Positions 8,021-15,630 of a stretch of 29,167 bases of DNA are shown here, piece after piece. A program made the position numbers and the translations under genes. The notes beneath the pieces were generated by a model, which ran no database searches, had not been told where the DNA came from, and worked only from the letters and a program-made list of their open reading frames with translations. The stretch's first letter is position 1. Each line of letters opens with the position of its first letter. This DNA is from a virus (lineage: Duplodnaviria > Caudoviricetes): positions 1 through 29,167 of the IMG/VR virus record IMGVR_UViG_3300034073_001388. One strand, given 5' to 3'.

Positions 8021-8175
8021 GGCACGCCGAATACGACTGCGACAGGTGCGGGGCTGAAACCCCCGACGGGCACGGGCACTACTACAAGGGCGAGAGGCTG
8101 TGCCCTGAGTGCTGTGAGGGGTTGCCGTTCTGGGAATACCTAGACGCTGACCTGACGGTAGGCGACGATGATTAG
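8017..8175 (+). CDS. Small zinc-finger-like protein (52 aa)
   Basis: ATGA overlap; CDRC...CPEC. Confidence 0.75.
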   Translation: MRHAEYDCDRCGAETPDGHGHYYKGERLCPECCEGLPFWEYLDADLTVGDDD

Positions 8176-8305
8176 GTTCATGTTCTGGGCGGTCGTCGTG
8201 AACCTCGCTTGCTTCACCCCGATTCTGTTGACGTGTCTAGCGTTTTGGGATTCGCAGGGTCGCCGTCAGTCGTTCGGGCGTTGGCTGAAAGAGAGGTTGC
8301 TATGA
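8168..8305 (+). CDS. Small membrane protein (45 aa)
   Basis: MIRFMFWAVVVNLACFTPILLTCLAFW...; overlaps both neighbours. Not in the track. Confidence 0.6.
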   Translation: MIRFMFWAVVVNLACFTPILLTCLAFWDSQGRRQSFGRWLKERLL

Positions 8306-8499
8306 GACCGCCGATAGTGGGGTATGCGCTCGGGCATACTTGGGTTGTGATGCTGACTGTCGGGTTTCTGTCTGGCTCGGTGGTGACGATGACGCTTGTC
8401 GGGTTGGCGGTGTATCCGTTTTTTCATCTTGGGGTGAAGGTGTGGCAGGTGTGGCGAACAGGTGTTCGTCGAACAGGTGTTCGGGGGTGGGGTCAATGA
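8302..8499 (+). CDS. Small membrane protein (65 aa)
   Basis: ATGA overlap, GAGG RBS, two hydrophobic segments. Confidence 0.6.
   Translation: MRPPIVGYALGHTWVVMLTVGFLSGSVVTMTLVGLAVYPFFHLGVKVWQVWRTGVRRTGVRGWGQ
8455..8483. promoter_or_regulatory. Tandem perfect LexA (SOS) boxes
   Basis: CGAACAGGTGTTCG at 8455-8468 and 8470-8483. Confidence 0.8.
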
Positions 8500-8515
8500 C
8501 CACGCCGTTTCGTAG

Positions 8516-8561
8516 TGTGACAAGAGTCACACTTGACAAACTGCCGAAAGTGTGCTATGAT
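8516..8561 (+). promoter_or_regulatory. Early promoter P2 with abutting CRP-family box
   Basis: TGTGA-CAAGAG-TCACA 8516-8531; TTGACA 8533-8538, 17-bp spacer, TGcTATGAT ending 8561; 5' hairpin 8568-8586. Confidence 0.85.
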
Positions 8562-8605
8562 GGTTTCGTCGGGCTGGTCGCCCGACACGAGAGAAAGGAG
8601 AGGGG

Positions 8606-8860
8606 GTGAACAAAGTGGACACCCTACAAGAAGATGAGCAGGTAACTCTGAACATCACCATGTCACGAGAAACAAAAGAAGAAGTGATGATGGCAGTGTT
8701 CAGGTACTACCAAGACATACTCCGAGCGATGGAAGAAGTGAAGCACAGCAATACGGAGTATGACAAGAAAGCAAGAGAAAAGAGAGAAAGAATCTGCCAA
8801 AACTTAGTGGCGGTACTAGGAGACTGGTACTCCCGCTGTGCGTTGCGTTACGAAATGTAA
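8606..8860 (+). CDS. Early hypothetical protein (84 aa)
   Basis: GAGAAAGGAG RBS; A-rich coding. Confidence 0.75.
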   Translation: MNKVDTLQEDEQVTLNITMSRETKEEVMMAVFRYYQDILRAMEEVKHSNTEYDKKAREKRERICQNLVAVLGDWYSRCALRYEM

Positions 8861-8866
8861 CTGGCA

Positions 8867-8926
8867 GGGTGACTAGCAGGCTGGGGAGTGCGAGCCTCCC
8901 CCACCCGCAAGGTAGCGATACCGAAT
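8867..8926 (+). ncRNA. Intergenic tRNA-minihelix-like structured element, copy 3 (divergent)
   Basis: GGGTG/CACCC stem, GGGAG-TGCGAGC-CTCCC arm, GCAA, GGTA-GCGA-TACC-GAATA. Confidence 0.55.
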
Positions 8927-8960
8927 ACCAAACAACCAACAGAGAAAGGACAACTAAATC

Positions 8961-9326
8961 ATGGGCGCAGACCTGATGATTAGCGCAATAGAAATCAAAC
9001 ACAACGAGGAAACAGCACTCCGAAAGGTTGACGAGTTGGCGATTACCGAAGCCGACTTATCCAACCTCACGGACATCGGTGTCTGGCGTTACGAGGACGA
9101 GGAGTTCACTCCCGAACTTGTCGAACGGATAAAAGCGGACTTGCGGAAAGCCGTCAAGGTCGTCTACCACTCAGGCAGGCGAGATACCACTCGGTTCTAT
9201 GTTGATTACGGCAAGACTAGCGAACGCAAGTTTGTCGTTACGGGTGGCATGTCGCACGGTGACGCACCAACCAACGCTTGGGATTCGTTCTGCCTAGTTG
9301 AGGCGTTTGCCTCAGTCATGGAATGA
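8961..9326 (+). CDS. Early hypothetical protein (121 aa)
   Basis: GAGAAAGG RBS; MGADL...VTGGMSHGDAPT. Confidence 0.85.
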   Translation: MGADLMISAIEIKHNEETALRKVDELAITEADLSNLTDIGVWRYEDEEFTPELVERIKADLRKAVKVVYHSGRRDTTRFYVDYGKTSERKFVVTGGMSHGDAPTNAWDSFCLVEAFASVME

Positions 9327-9492
9327 TGATGCCTCGGCGTAGCGAGTGGGGGTGCGATGCTTGCGGGTGTCGCATCACTCTTCACGTCACGCCGTCTGAA
9401 CCGCCTCGCCATAGGTGCGGTGGTTCTGCTCGGGCGGAGAAGTTCATACAACTAATACCAATAACCAAACAAACAGAGAAAGGGAACAAGTA

Positions 9493-9660
9493 ATGACCAC
9501 AGAAACAAGAAAGTTGGTGGCGGGATTCGTCATCTTCGACAAGACCACAGGCAGAGTGCTCGCCACACTGCCCCAAACCCTCTCCATCGGAGACACGGTG
9601 GACGGGTTCACCCGTGCGGGCTACGAAGTGGACTGGCACTGGAAGGAGATGGAAGCGTGA
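9493..9660 (+). CDS. Early hypothetical protein (55 aa)
   Basis: GAGAAAGG RBS at 9476 and ATG at 9493 (track start 9415 unlikely). Confidence 0.75.
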   Translation: MTTETRKLVAGFVIFDKTTGRVLATLPQTLSIGDTVDGFTRAGYEVDWHWKEMEA

Positions 9661-9911
9661 AGCCGATACCAGCAAACGCAACGGGGGCGTGGTGCACCAT
9701 CAAGTACCACGACGAAGACAACACACTCTCGCCCGTGTTCTTCTCCTTCGGAGAATACGACGAGGACAAGGACATGGTGTACGACTCGCTCGGACACCGA
9801 GACGACCTCGTGTTCTTCTACACTTCGCCAGAAGAGTTGCCCGACCTTATGACCGACTGGGGTCAAGACTTCCAAGTGCTCTCGGTCGAGTACTACGAGG
9901 TGGCACGATGA
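9657..9911 (+). CDS. Acidic early hypothetical protein (84 aa)
   Basis: GTGA overlap. Confidence 0.8.
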   Translation: MKPIPANATGAWCTIKYHDEDNTLSPVFFSFGEYDEDKDMVYDSLGHRDDLVFFYTSPEELPDLMTDWGQDFQVLSVEYYEVAR

Positions 9912-10222
9912 CACGCACGGCAACAGTCGAACAGTGGGAAGCGTTCTTCCGACCCGTACCCAACACCATCAGCGACGAACCATCATGGCAAGACCTCGAC
10001 GGGGTAGGGATAATGTTCTCCACGTCTGGCGAGGAACACGAGTTCGTGTGCGACCACAACCTCAAACGCCAAGTCTGGACATGGGTCGACGGCGACGACG
10101 GAACCTACATCGTGAACGGCTACTCGTTCGTGAACCGTATCGGCTACTTCGTAACCGAGATACCGTACGACGACGGCGACAGTTGGGAAATCAAGGTCGA
10201 TGACTTTGAGGTGGCGGTATGA
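9908..10222 (+). CDS. Acidic early hypothetical protein (104 aa)
   Basis: ATGA overlap, GAGG RBS; VWTWVDGDDG...VNRIGYFVTE. Confidence 0.85.
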   Translation: MTRTATVEQWEAFFRPVPNTISDEPSWQDLDGVGIMFSTSGEEHEFVCDHNLKRQVWTWVDGDDGTYIVNGYSFVNRIGYFVTEIPYDDGDSWEIKVDDFEVAV

Positions 10223-10695
10223 CGCACCCCGAACTCCCGTTCACACCGTACGACGGAACAGGCGGTCACGCAGGCTCAGAGGCAAGCCGACTCAGAGCAG
10301 AGACGGAAGCCGAAGACGGCACACTCGCAGACAGACAAGCCCTCATCTTGGACTACCTAGACAAGACAGGTGCTGGCGGTGCGACATGGGCAACCACAGG
10401 ACAAGCACTCAGCCTTCATCACGGGCAAGTCTCAGGCGCGCTATCGAACCTTCACCAAGCAGGGGCGGTGTTCATGCTGAGGAAGCGAAGCAACCGAAGC
10501 CACCCGTACATACACGCCAAGTATCGTGCGTTCTACACCGACGCAGAGGTACACGACTCACCCAAGACGACGAAGGCTGGGCAGAGGCGGGTCAGGTTGG
10601 AAGAGTTGGTGGCAGCGTGCCGTGACGGGCTGACATCGGGGTTTGACGGGCAGCGTATCGCTGGCATCGTCAAGGCTCTCGATGAGTTGGCTTAG
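10219..10695 (+). CDS. Winged-helix DNA-binding protein
   Basis: RQALILDYL...GATWATTGQALSLHHGQVSGALSNLHQAGAV is wHTH-like. Confidence 0.7.
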   Translation: MTHPELPFTPYDGTGGHAGSEASRLRAETEAEDGTLADRQALILDYLDKTGAGGATWATTGQALSLHHGQVSGALSNLHQAGAVFMLRKRSNRSHPYIHAKYRAFYTDAEVHDSPKTTKAGQRRVRLEELVAACRDGLTSGFDGQRIAGIVKALDELA

Positions 10696-10960
10696 ACGAT
10701 TCCGACCCAAGCCCACCCCCAGACGCACCGTATGGCGAGCAGAACGAGCCGACGGGAAATGTTGGGCTGGGGAATACCTGTGGCAGGGTCGGACATTCAC
10801 CCACGATGAACGGTTCATCTACCTGTGGGGCAGTGAGGCTGCGTGCCGTGCTGCGATTCAGTGGCGGGGATTTGCGAACGTGCGCCCCGTCGAGGTAGAG
10901 TTTGATAGTTCTGTGAAACGCCCAAAGAAAAAGCGGTACAACCACAACCGCTGGCGTTAG
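10682..10960 (+). CDS. Basic hypothetical protein
   Basis: ATG 10682; last gene before the hairpin. Confidence 0.65.
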   Translation: MSWLRRFRPKPTPRRTVWRAERADGKCWAGEYLWQGRTFTHDERFIYLWGSEAACRAAIQWRGFANVRPVEVEFDSSVKRPKKKRYNHNRWR

Positions 10961-10961
10961 C

Positions 10962-11016
10962 AGTGGAGTCTCCCCGCCTCTCGTTCACCTTTCTCCGAGG
11001 GGTGGGGAACTCTACT
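10962..11016 (+). terminator. Long hairpin at the convergence of early and middle operons
   Basis: About 21-bp stem whose G-U pairs favour plus-strand RNA; 12-nt loop TTCACCTTTCTC. Confidence 0.7.
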
Positions 11017-11410
11017 CGCTGTCTTCCCAACCTTGATTAGTTGCCCGCCACACGGCAGCAGGGTTCATCGCTTCGCAACTCTTCTTCTGTTCGACTGACT
11101 CATAGAGGCGCACGATGTGGATACACGGGTCGTTGCCTTCGTTCAGGTCTTCGTCTTCGCCCGCTGTCACAGCAAGACCGTCGTGCGTGTAGCACATGGG
11201 CGGTGAACACCACCCCGATTCGTAGCCGATGCGTGCCCAAGTATCGAAGTCCATCTGGTTGCTCATATAGTACGCGATTCCTTTCTCTGTTATCTGGTAC
11301 ATCTCTTCCCCGTTGTCGTCGATGCCGACGACTTCGAGTATCCCTTCCTGTTCGAGCGCGGTCAAAGCGTTCTTCAGTAGGCTGAAACTTACTGGGTCGA
11401 AGTCGTTCAC
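11012..11410 (-). CDS. Hypothetical protein, wHTH-like N-terminus
   Basis: GTG 11410 overlaps the upstream stop; LTALEQEGILEV...YQITEKG. Confidence 0.75.
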   Translation of the reverse strand: MNDFDPVSFSLLKNALTALEQEGILEVVGIDDNGEEMYQITEKGIAYYMSNQMDFDTWARIGYESGWCSPPMCYTHDGLAVTAGEDEDLNEGNDPCIHIVRLYESVEQKKSCEAMNPAAVWRATNQGWEDSE

Positions 11411-11589
11411 GTGTCGACTCGTTCCCATTCGGCTTGTGAGAAGCCTTTGATTCTTCCGTCGAGTTCGATGTACACCCACGTTGGTGCGTCGGGGTCGCAG
11501 TTGCATCCCTGTATCTGGCGCGGGTTGTGTCTTACGACTTCACCGCATTTGAGGCAGCGGACTTTCGTTTGTTTGGTTTCTTCTGCCAT
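11407..11589 (-). CDS. Small zinc-ribbon protein
   Basis: CLKC...CNC. Confidence 0.7.
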   Translation of the reverse strand: MAEETKQTKVRCLKCGEVVRHNPRQIQGCNCDPDAPTWVYIELDGRIKGFSQAEWERVDT

Positions 11590-11714
11590 CGTTCGTCACT
11601 CGCGGTCAGTTTGCCTGCACGGTACGGGTGGCACGGGCATGGGCATGTGTCGCAGATTTCTTTCGACCATTTCGCCAACGCCCGTTCCACCGTACCGCAA
11701 TGCTCACACCCCAA
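11532..11714 (-). CDS. Small Cys-rich hypothetical protein
   Basis: CEHC...CPCPCH; fills the operon gap. Confidence 0.5.
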   Translation of the reverse strand: MGCEHCGTVERALAKWSKEICDTCPCPCHPYRAGKLTASDERWQKKPNKRKSAASNAVKS

Positions 11715-11946
11715 CGTGGTCTTTCTTTCCGATGTCGAACCAGTTCTCCCAGATTTCCCCAGGGTGTCTGCCTGTCTTCACCGCGTAGCGGTCGGCATCC
11801 CACTGGTTGATGGTCGAGTCTGGTTTAGCCCAACGGTGGATGGTGTCGCGTGAAACACCGAACAGTTCAGCGAGTTCCGACGAGGGTCGGTTGCCGAACT
11901 CTTCCAAAAGTTTCACGGTCGGATAGCAGTACTTCCCTTTGTGCAT
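11704..11946 (-). CDS. HTH DNA-binding protein
   Basis: SSELAELFGVSRDTIHRW; start ATG 11946. Confidence 0.75.
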   Translation of the reverse strand: MHKGKYCYPTVKLLEEFGNRPSSELAELFGVSRDTIHRWAKPDSTINQWDADRYAVKTGRHPGEIWENWFDIGKKDHVGV

Positions 11947-11950
11947 GGAT

Positions 11951-12175
11951 TCAGAACGGCTCTTCGTCCTGTGTTTCCCTGCGGGTGATTGGCTTGTCGT
12001 CGCTGACCGACCAGAGTTGGGCGTCGTCGAACTTGGCGACACGCTTGGCGAGCCACACCGTTTTCTCTTCACCCTTCTTGTTGGTGACGGTTACTTGGTC
12101 GCCTTCTTGTCCGTCGTAGCGGACTTTGACGCCCCACGATTCGTCTTTCAGTCGGTACCATGTTGCTGATTCCAT
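11951..12175 (-). CDS. Small beta-rich protein with acidic-PF C-terminus
   Basis: GAGGAG RBS; ends QDEEPF. Confidence 0.8.
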   Translation of the reverse strand: MESATWYRLKDESWGVKVRYDGQEGDQVTVTNKKGEEKTVWLAKRVAKFDDAQLWSVSDDKPITRRETQDEEPF

Positions 12176-12351
12176 TATTCATCTCCTCTGTTGTGTATTA
12201 GGTTGTTCATTTTGTTTCCATACTCTGCCACGAGTTGTTCCAACATGGCAACTTTTCGTAGCAGTTCTCTTTTGTCCTCGCGTAGCGAGTCCAAATCTCG
12301 TTGTAGGTCGGTTATCCACGCTTCGTAGAAGATGGATTGGTTGTCGCTCAT
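12175..12351 (-). CDS. Coiled-coil hypothetical protein (58 aa)
   Basis: GGAG RBS, ATG 12351, heptad pattern. Confidence 0.75.
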   Translation of the reverse strand: MSDNQSIFYEAWITDLQRDLDSLREDKRELLRKVAMLEQLVAEYGNKMNNLIHNRGDE

Positions 12352-12617
12352 GGTGTCTCCCGTTTGGTTGGTCGTATGTTTCTGCGTTGGATGGGTGTGA
12401 GTCCGCCCCAGATTCCGTAGTTGATGCGGTTGTTCACGGCGAACATGAGGCATTGTTTCTTGACGGGGCAGGTGGCGCAGATTTGTTTGGCTTCAAGGTT
12501 GTGTTGGTTGTAGCCGACGTTGGGGAAGAAGGTGTCGTAGTCGGTGCCGAGGCAGGCTGCGTCTTCTTTCCATTCTTGGTAGGTGTCGATGAGACGCCAT
12601 TCGGAGAGGAGTTCCAT
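12348..12617 (-). CDS. whiB: WhiB-family Fe-S transcription factor
   Basis: W...AAC...FFP...AKQICATCPVKKQC...GIWGG: four Cys plus the G(I/V)WGG turn. Confidence 0.95.
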   Translation of the reverse strand: MELLSEWRLIDTYQEWKEDAACLGTDYDTFFPNVGYNQHNLEAKQICATCPVKKQCLMFAVNNRINYGIWGGLTPIQRRNIRPTKRETP

Positions 12618-12627
12618 GTAGGTGTAC

Positions 12628-13158
12628 TTAGAGCCGCCACGGTTGCCAGCCGTTGCCGTTGGTTTCTTGGGCGTAGTCATGGATGGCTTTCGCGGCGAGG
12701 AGGTTGAGGTGGGGGTCGAACAGTTGTTCGCATCCAACAGTAGATAGAACGCCGATGGTTTGCAAGTATCCCTTCGAATACCAACGTGTGGGTAGGCACC
12801 AACTCCTGTCATTTATCTGCGTCAACCCGACATCGGTGGAACCATCGGCGTTGAGTTCGGTGTTGTGCTGGGTGGGGTCGCAGCGGGATTCCCGCCACAT
12901 CACGTAGTCGAGGGTGGGGAGGAGGTCGTCTGTCCAGCCTGCTTCCCGTGCCAGCCCCCACCACTGCGGGCAGCGGGCAGTAGCGGGGGGCTGGGGGAGA
13001 CTGGTCGTAGAGGTGGTCTGAGACGCGTCAGGAAGCGTTATGAGCGCCGTTTGAGGGGTGGGGGTAGGTGTGGGAGGGGTCGGCTGGTCTACCCCCCAAA
13101 GCCCTACGAAAACGAGGGTGGCGGTAACGCCCGCAAACAAGCGGACAATCCAGTCCAT
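12628..13158 (-). CDS. Membrane-anchored lytic transglycosylase (SLT/lysozyme-like)
   Basis: N-terminal TM/signal, Pro/Thr linker, RESRC (catalytic E), GLTQIN, GWQPW. Confidence 0.8.
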   Translation of the reverse strand: MDWIVRLFAGVTATLVFVGLWGVDQPTPPTPTPTPQTALITLPDASQTTSTTSLPQPPATARCPQWWGLAREAGWTDDLLPTLDYVMWRESRCDPTQHNTELNADGSTDVGLTQINDRSWCLPTRWYSKGYLQTIGVLSTVGCEQLFDPHLNLLAAKAIHDYAQETNGNGWQPWRL

Positions 13159-13622
13159 CAGTTGCCCTCCACCCTAGCCGACAGCAGCGCAGCCAGTTCA
13201 CTGAACTCGGTCAAGGTCATAAGACAGATACCCTCGCTCGTACCGTCAGGCATGGCGACCATCACGAACGGGCGAATGTCGCCCAACGCCTTCGCCGCAT
13301 CAGACTGGGCCTTAGCGGAGTTGAAACGGGTAGCAATCGGACCGACCTGTAAGCCTGCTTTGATTTCGGTACGAAAAGCACCAGCCCAGTTCTCTTCGTG
13401 ACGTGTAAGGTGACCGCCCAACCCCAACTTCTTACGGGCACGACGCGCCTTCGCATCCCCTTTAGTCCGATTTCGGCGACCGCGAGCGGCAGGGTCGGAA
13501 CACCCTCTAACTCTTCGTACGCCACGTCGGTCGGGTCTTCCCAGAGTGCCAAACAGCGGGCAGTTGTCCAAGGAACATTTGTCCTTGTTGCCTTGACATT
13601 CCCCTTTGCGTTCATCGGTCAT
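13158..13622 (-). CDS. Hypothetical protein, possibly Holliday-junction resolvase-like
   Basis: GRRNRTKG...EIKAG...PFVMV loosely fits a PD-(D/E)XK resolvase; N-terminal Cys cluster. Confidence 0.5.
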   Translation of the reverse strand: MTDERKGECQGNKDKCSLDNCPLFGTLGRPDRRGVRRVRGCSDPAARGRRNRTKGDAKARRARKKLGLGGHLTRHEENWAGAFRTEIKAGLQVGPIATRFNSAKAQSDAAKALGDIRPFVMVAMPDGTSEGICLMTLTEFSELAALLSARVEGN

Positions 13623-13815
13623 TGCCTTTGTCTTTCTCTGCGAGTGCTGTTTGCAGTCTGGCAATCTCGGCATACAGCAAACCCATTTCGTTGTATGCGT
13701 CGTTCAGTAACGTGTTGAGTTCTCCGCGTTCAGTTCGACTGGCGAACAGCCCGAGTCGTGCGCGAACGCCGCCGAGTGTCGGAAGACTTACAAGAAAATC
13801 TGCGGTTGTGGTCAC
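13612..13815 (-). CDS. Hypothetical protein (67 aa)
   Basis: Coupled ORF with a coiled-coil C-terminus. Confidence 0.65.
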   Translation of the reverse strand: MTTTADFLVSLPTLGGVRARLGLFASRTERGELNTLLNDAYNEMGLLYAEIARLQTALAEKDKGNDR

Positions 13816-14612
13816 TTCATTCCCTCGATAATCAGGATGGCTTTGTTCGCCTCACCCTTGGTCAACTGTTCCAACCTGTTGAGGTGCGGCTTGTTCAACA
13901 AGTCCTTCACCTTTTCAATCTTGTCGGTGTACGAGCCGACGCCTTTGGCTGAGAGCATGGCGCGAATCTTTCCGATTTGTGCCTTCGTCGCCTCGGCGTC
14001 TGGGTCTTTGATTTGTGGGGTGTCGGCAATCTGTTCCGCGGATGGGAACGCTTCACGGATTTGTTCAATCAACGTCTCGGCGTCGGCGACATCCTTCGCG
14101 GTGGGTGCCTGCTTCAGTTGGTTGAACTTGTCACGCAACTTCGGCATGTCCGCATCGCTGAGCGTGGCAAGGTTGACGCCCGCCTCGGTTGCGACCTGCT
14201 CGGGGTCGAGCGCGTTCTTCGCGCACGCCTCACGGAACTTCGTCAACATGTCCACAGCGGGCGCAGGCTTCGGTGTGTCCTGTCTTGCGACCTTCTGCAT
14301 CTCCTCACGTGACGGGCGTGGCGCCGTCTTGGATTGGAACACGTAGTTCGCCAAAGCCCTGCCGATTGCGGAGGTCTCGGCGTTTTCTACGTGGGATGTT
14401 TTGTTGACGGGTGACAGGTCGCGTACCTCTTCGGCGTACCCCGTTGCGACGGGGCGCGGGTCGGAGATGTCCTTGTAGATTTCTGCACGGAACACGACTT
14501 TGTTGTCGTCGTAGTGGTGGATGGCGGTGAAGACTTGCCCGTTCGGGAACTGTGCCCAGAACTTTGCGAGCCGTGTCTCCACTGTCTCGTAGTTGTCAAG
14601 GTTGAATCGCAT
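13812..14612 (-). CDS. Single-strand annealing protein (Rad52/Sak/ERF-like)
   Basis: ATGYAEE...VENAETSAIGRAL; adjacent to the exonuclease. Confidence 0.7.
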   Translation of the reverse strand: MRFNLDNYETVETRLAKFWAQFPNGQVFTAIHHYDDNKVVFRAEIYKDISDPRPVATGYAEEVRDLSPVNKTSHVENAETSAIGRALANYVFQSKTAPRPSREEMQKVARQDTPKPAPAVDMLTKFREACAKNALDPEQVATEAGVNLATLSDADMPKLRDKFNQLKQAPTAKDVADAETLIEQIREAFPSAEQIADTPQIKDPDAEATKAQIGKIRAMLSAKGVGSYTDKIEKVKDLLNKPHLNRLEQLTKGEANKAILIIEGMK

Positions 14613-14615
14613 GGC

Positions 14616-15563
14616 TTATTTTTCCTTTCCGACCACACGGAACGTGCGGTACGTTGATTGTTTCTTGTACTTCGCAGCAAGAGCAGGATGCTCCGCTTCG
14701 AACTTCTTGGCGTCGAACGATGTGCGTGTCGCCGTCTTCCATGTGACGAGCAACTGGTCTTGCATCAGACCGTACTCGGAGTCGCCGAGCATCTCGCACA
14801 GTTGTGCCTTCGCCAAATCCTCGGACTGTTCAGCCTGAGCCTTCTGTTCTTTGGCGAGTAGGTAGCGTTCGATGAGCGCGAGCGCGTCCTGCGGGAGGTC
14901 GACTGCTGCGTCTGCGCCGCCTTTGCCTTCGGGGAATCTTTCCTGAATGTGACGGTATTCGACGACGGCGTTGTCTGGCATTATGCCCATGTCGATAGCC
15001 GCGAGGAACGTGCGGCACCTGTCGATGTGGGTTTGTTTCTCGTCGCTTGACACGCCCTGCACATGGAAGTGAAGGTCGAGGGTCGAGTCGAAGACGACCC
15101 ACGTAATCTCCGAGACGCCCGTGCAGATGGCTTGCTGTACGCCCTGCCAATACCAGTAGTCGGGGAGTTTGCCGCGCCAAATCTTGTTCGTCGTTTTCTG
15201 TTCGAACACCCTGCCGTCTTCGGACATGGAGTCGATGGTGGCGATGAGCCGTACTCCTGGTTCGTCGTATGCGAACAGGACATCTGGCTCGGTCAGGGGG
15301 TGACCGAGCAGGGTGCCTGCCCATTCGCGGATGGGTGCTTCGAGTGTGGTGCCGCGAAGCATCGCCGAGTTCGGCGCCTTCGGTTGCGGCGGGTTCTCCG
15401 CGAGGAGTTCGGTGGCGAGGTCGGCTGGTGTGACGAACGCGTGCTGTCCGTGCACCGCGGCGCACGCCGACGCTGCGATACGGGCTTCACCGTTCTCGTT
15501 CCTCCAGCGGATGTTCAACCATTCCTGCGAACCGTGCGCAGGTTTAGCGATTCGGGTAATCAT
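14616..15563 (-). CDS. YqaJ/lambda-exo-like recombination exonuclease
   Basis: EWLNIR...IAASA...RGTTLE...ATID...EQKTT...WQGVQQ; GAGAAAGG RBS. Confidence 0.85.
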   Translation of the reverse strand: MITRIAKPAHGSQEWLNIRWRNENGEARIAASACAAVHGQHAFVTPADLATELLAENPPQPKAPNSAMLRGTTLEAPIREWAGTLLGHPLTEPDVLFAYDEPGVRLIATIDSMSEDGRVFEQKTTNKIWRGKLPDYWYWQGVQQAICTGVSEITWVVFDSTLDLHFHVQGVSSDEKQTHIDRCRTFLAAIDMGIMPDNAVVEYRHIQERFPEGKGGADAAVDLPQDALALIERYLLAKEQKAQAEQSEDLAKAQLCEMLGDSEYGLMQDQLLVTWKTATRTSFDAKKFEAEHPALAAKYKKQSTYRTFRVVGKEK

Positions 15564-15601
15564 TACCGTGCCTTTCTCTTAGTTGTGATGTTCTGTACTT
15601 C

Positions 15602-15630
15602 ACCGTACAGGAGGGGAGTCACATTGTCAA
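15602..15630 (-). promoter_or_regulatory. Sigma70-like promoter for the recombination/whiB operon
   Basis: TTGACA (15630-15625), 17-bp spacer, TACGGT (15607-15602). Confidence 0.65.

Noticed and set aside
8906-8930. HDV/theta ribozyme suggested by CCGAAT after a tRNA-like unit
   Set aside because: I could not build the P1/P2/P3 nested pseudoknot by eye, and copy 3 is too short.
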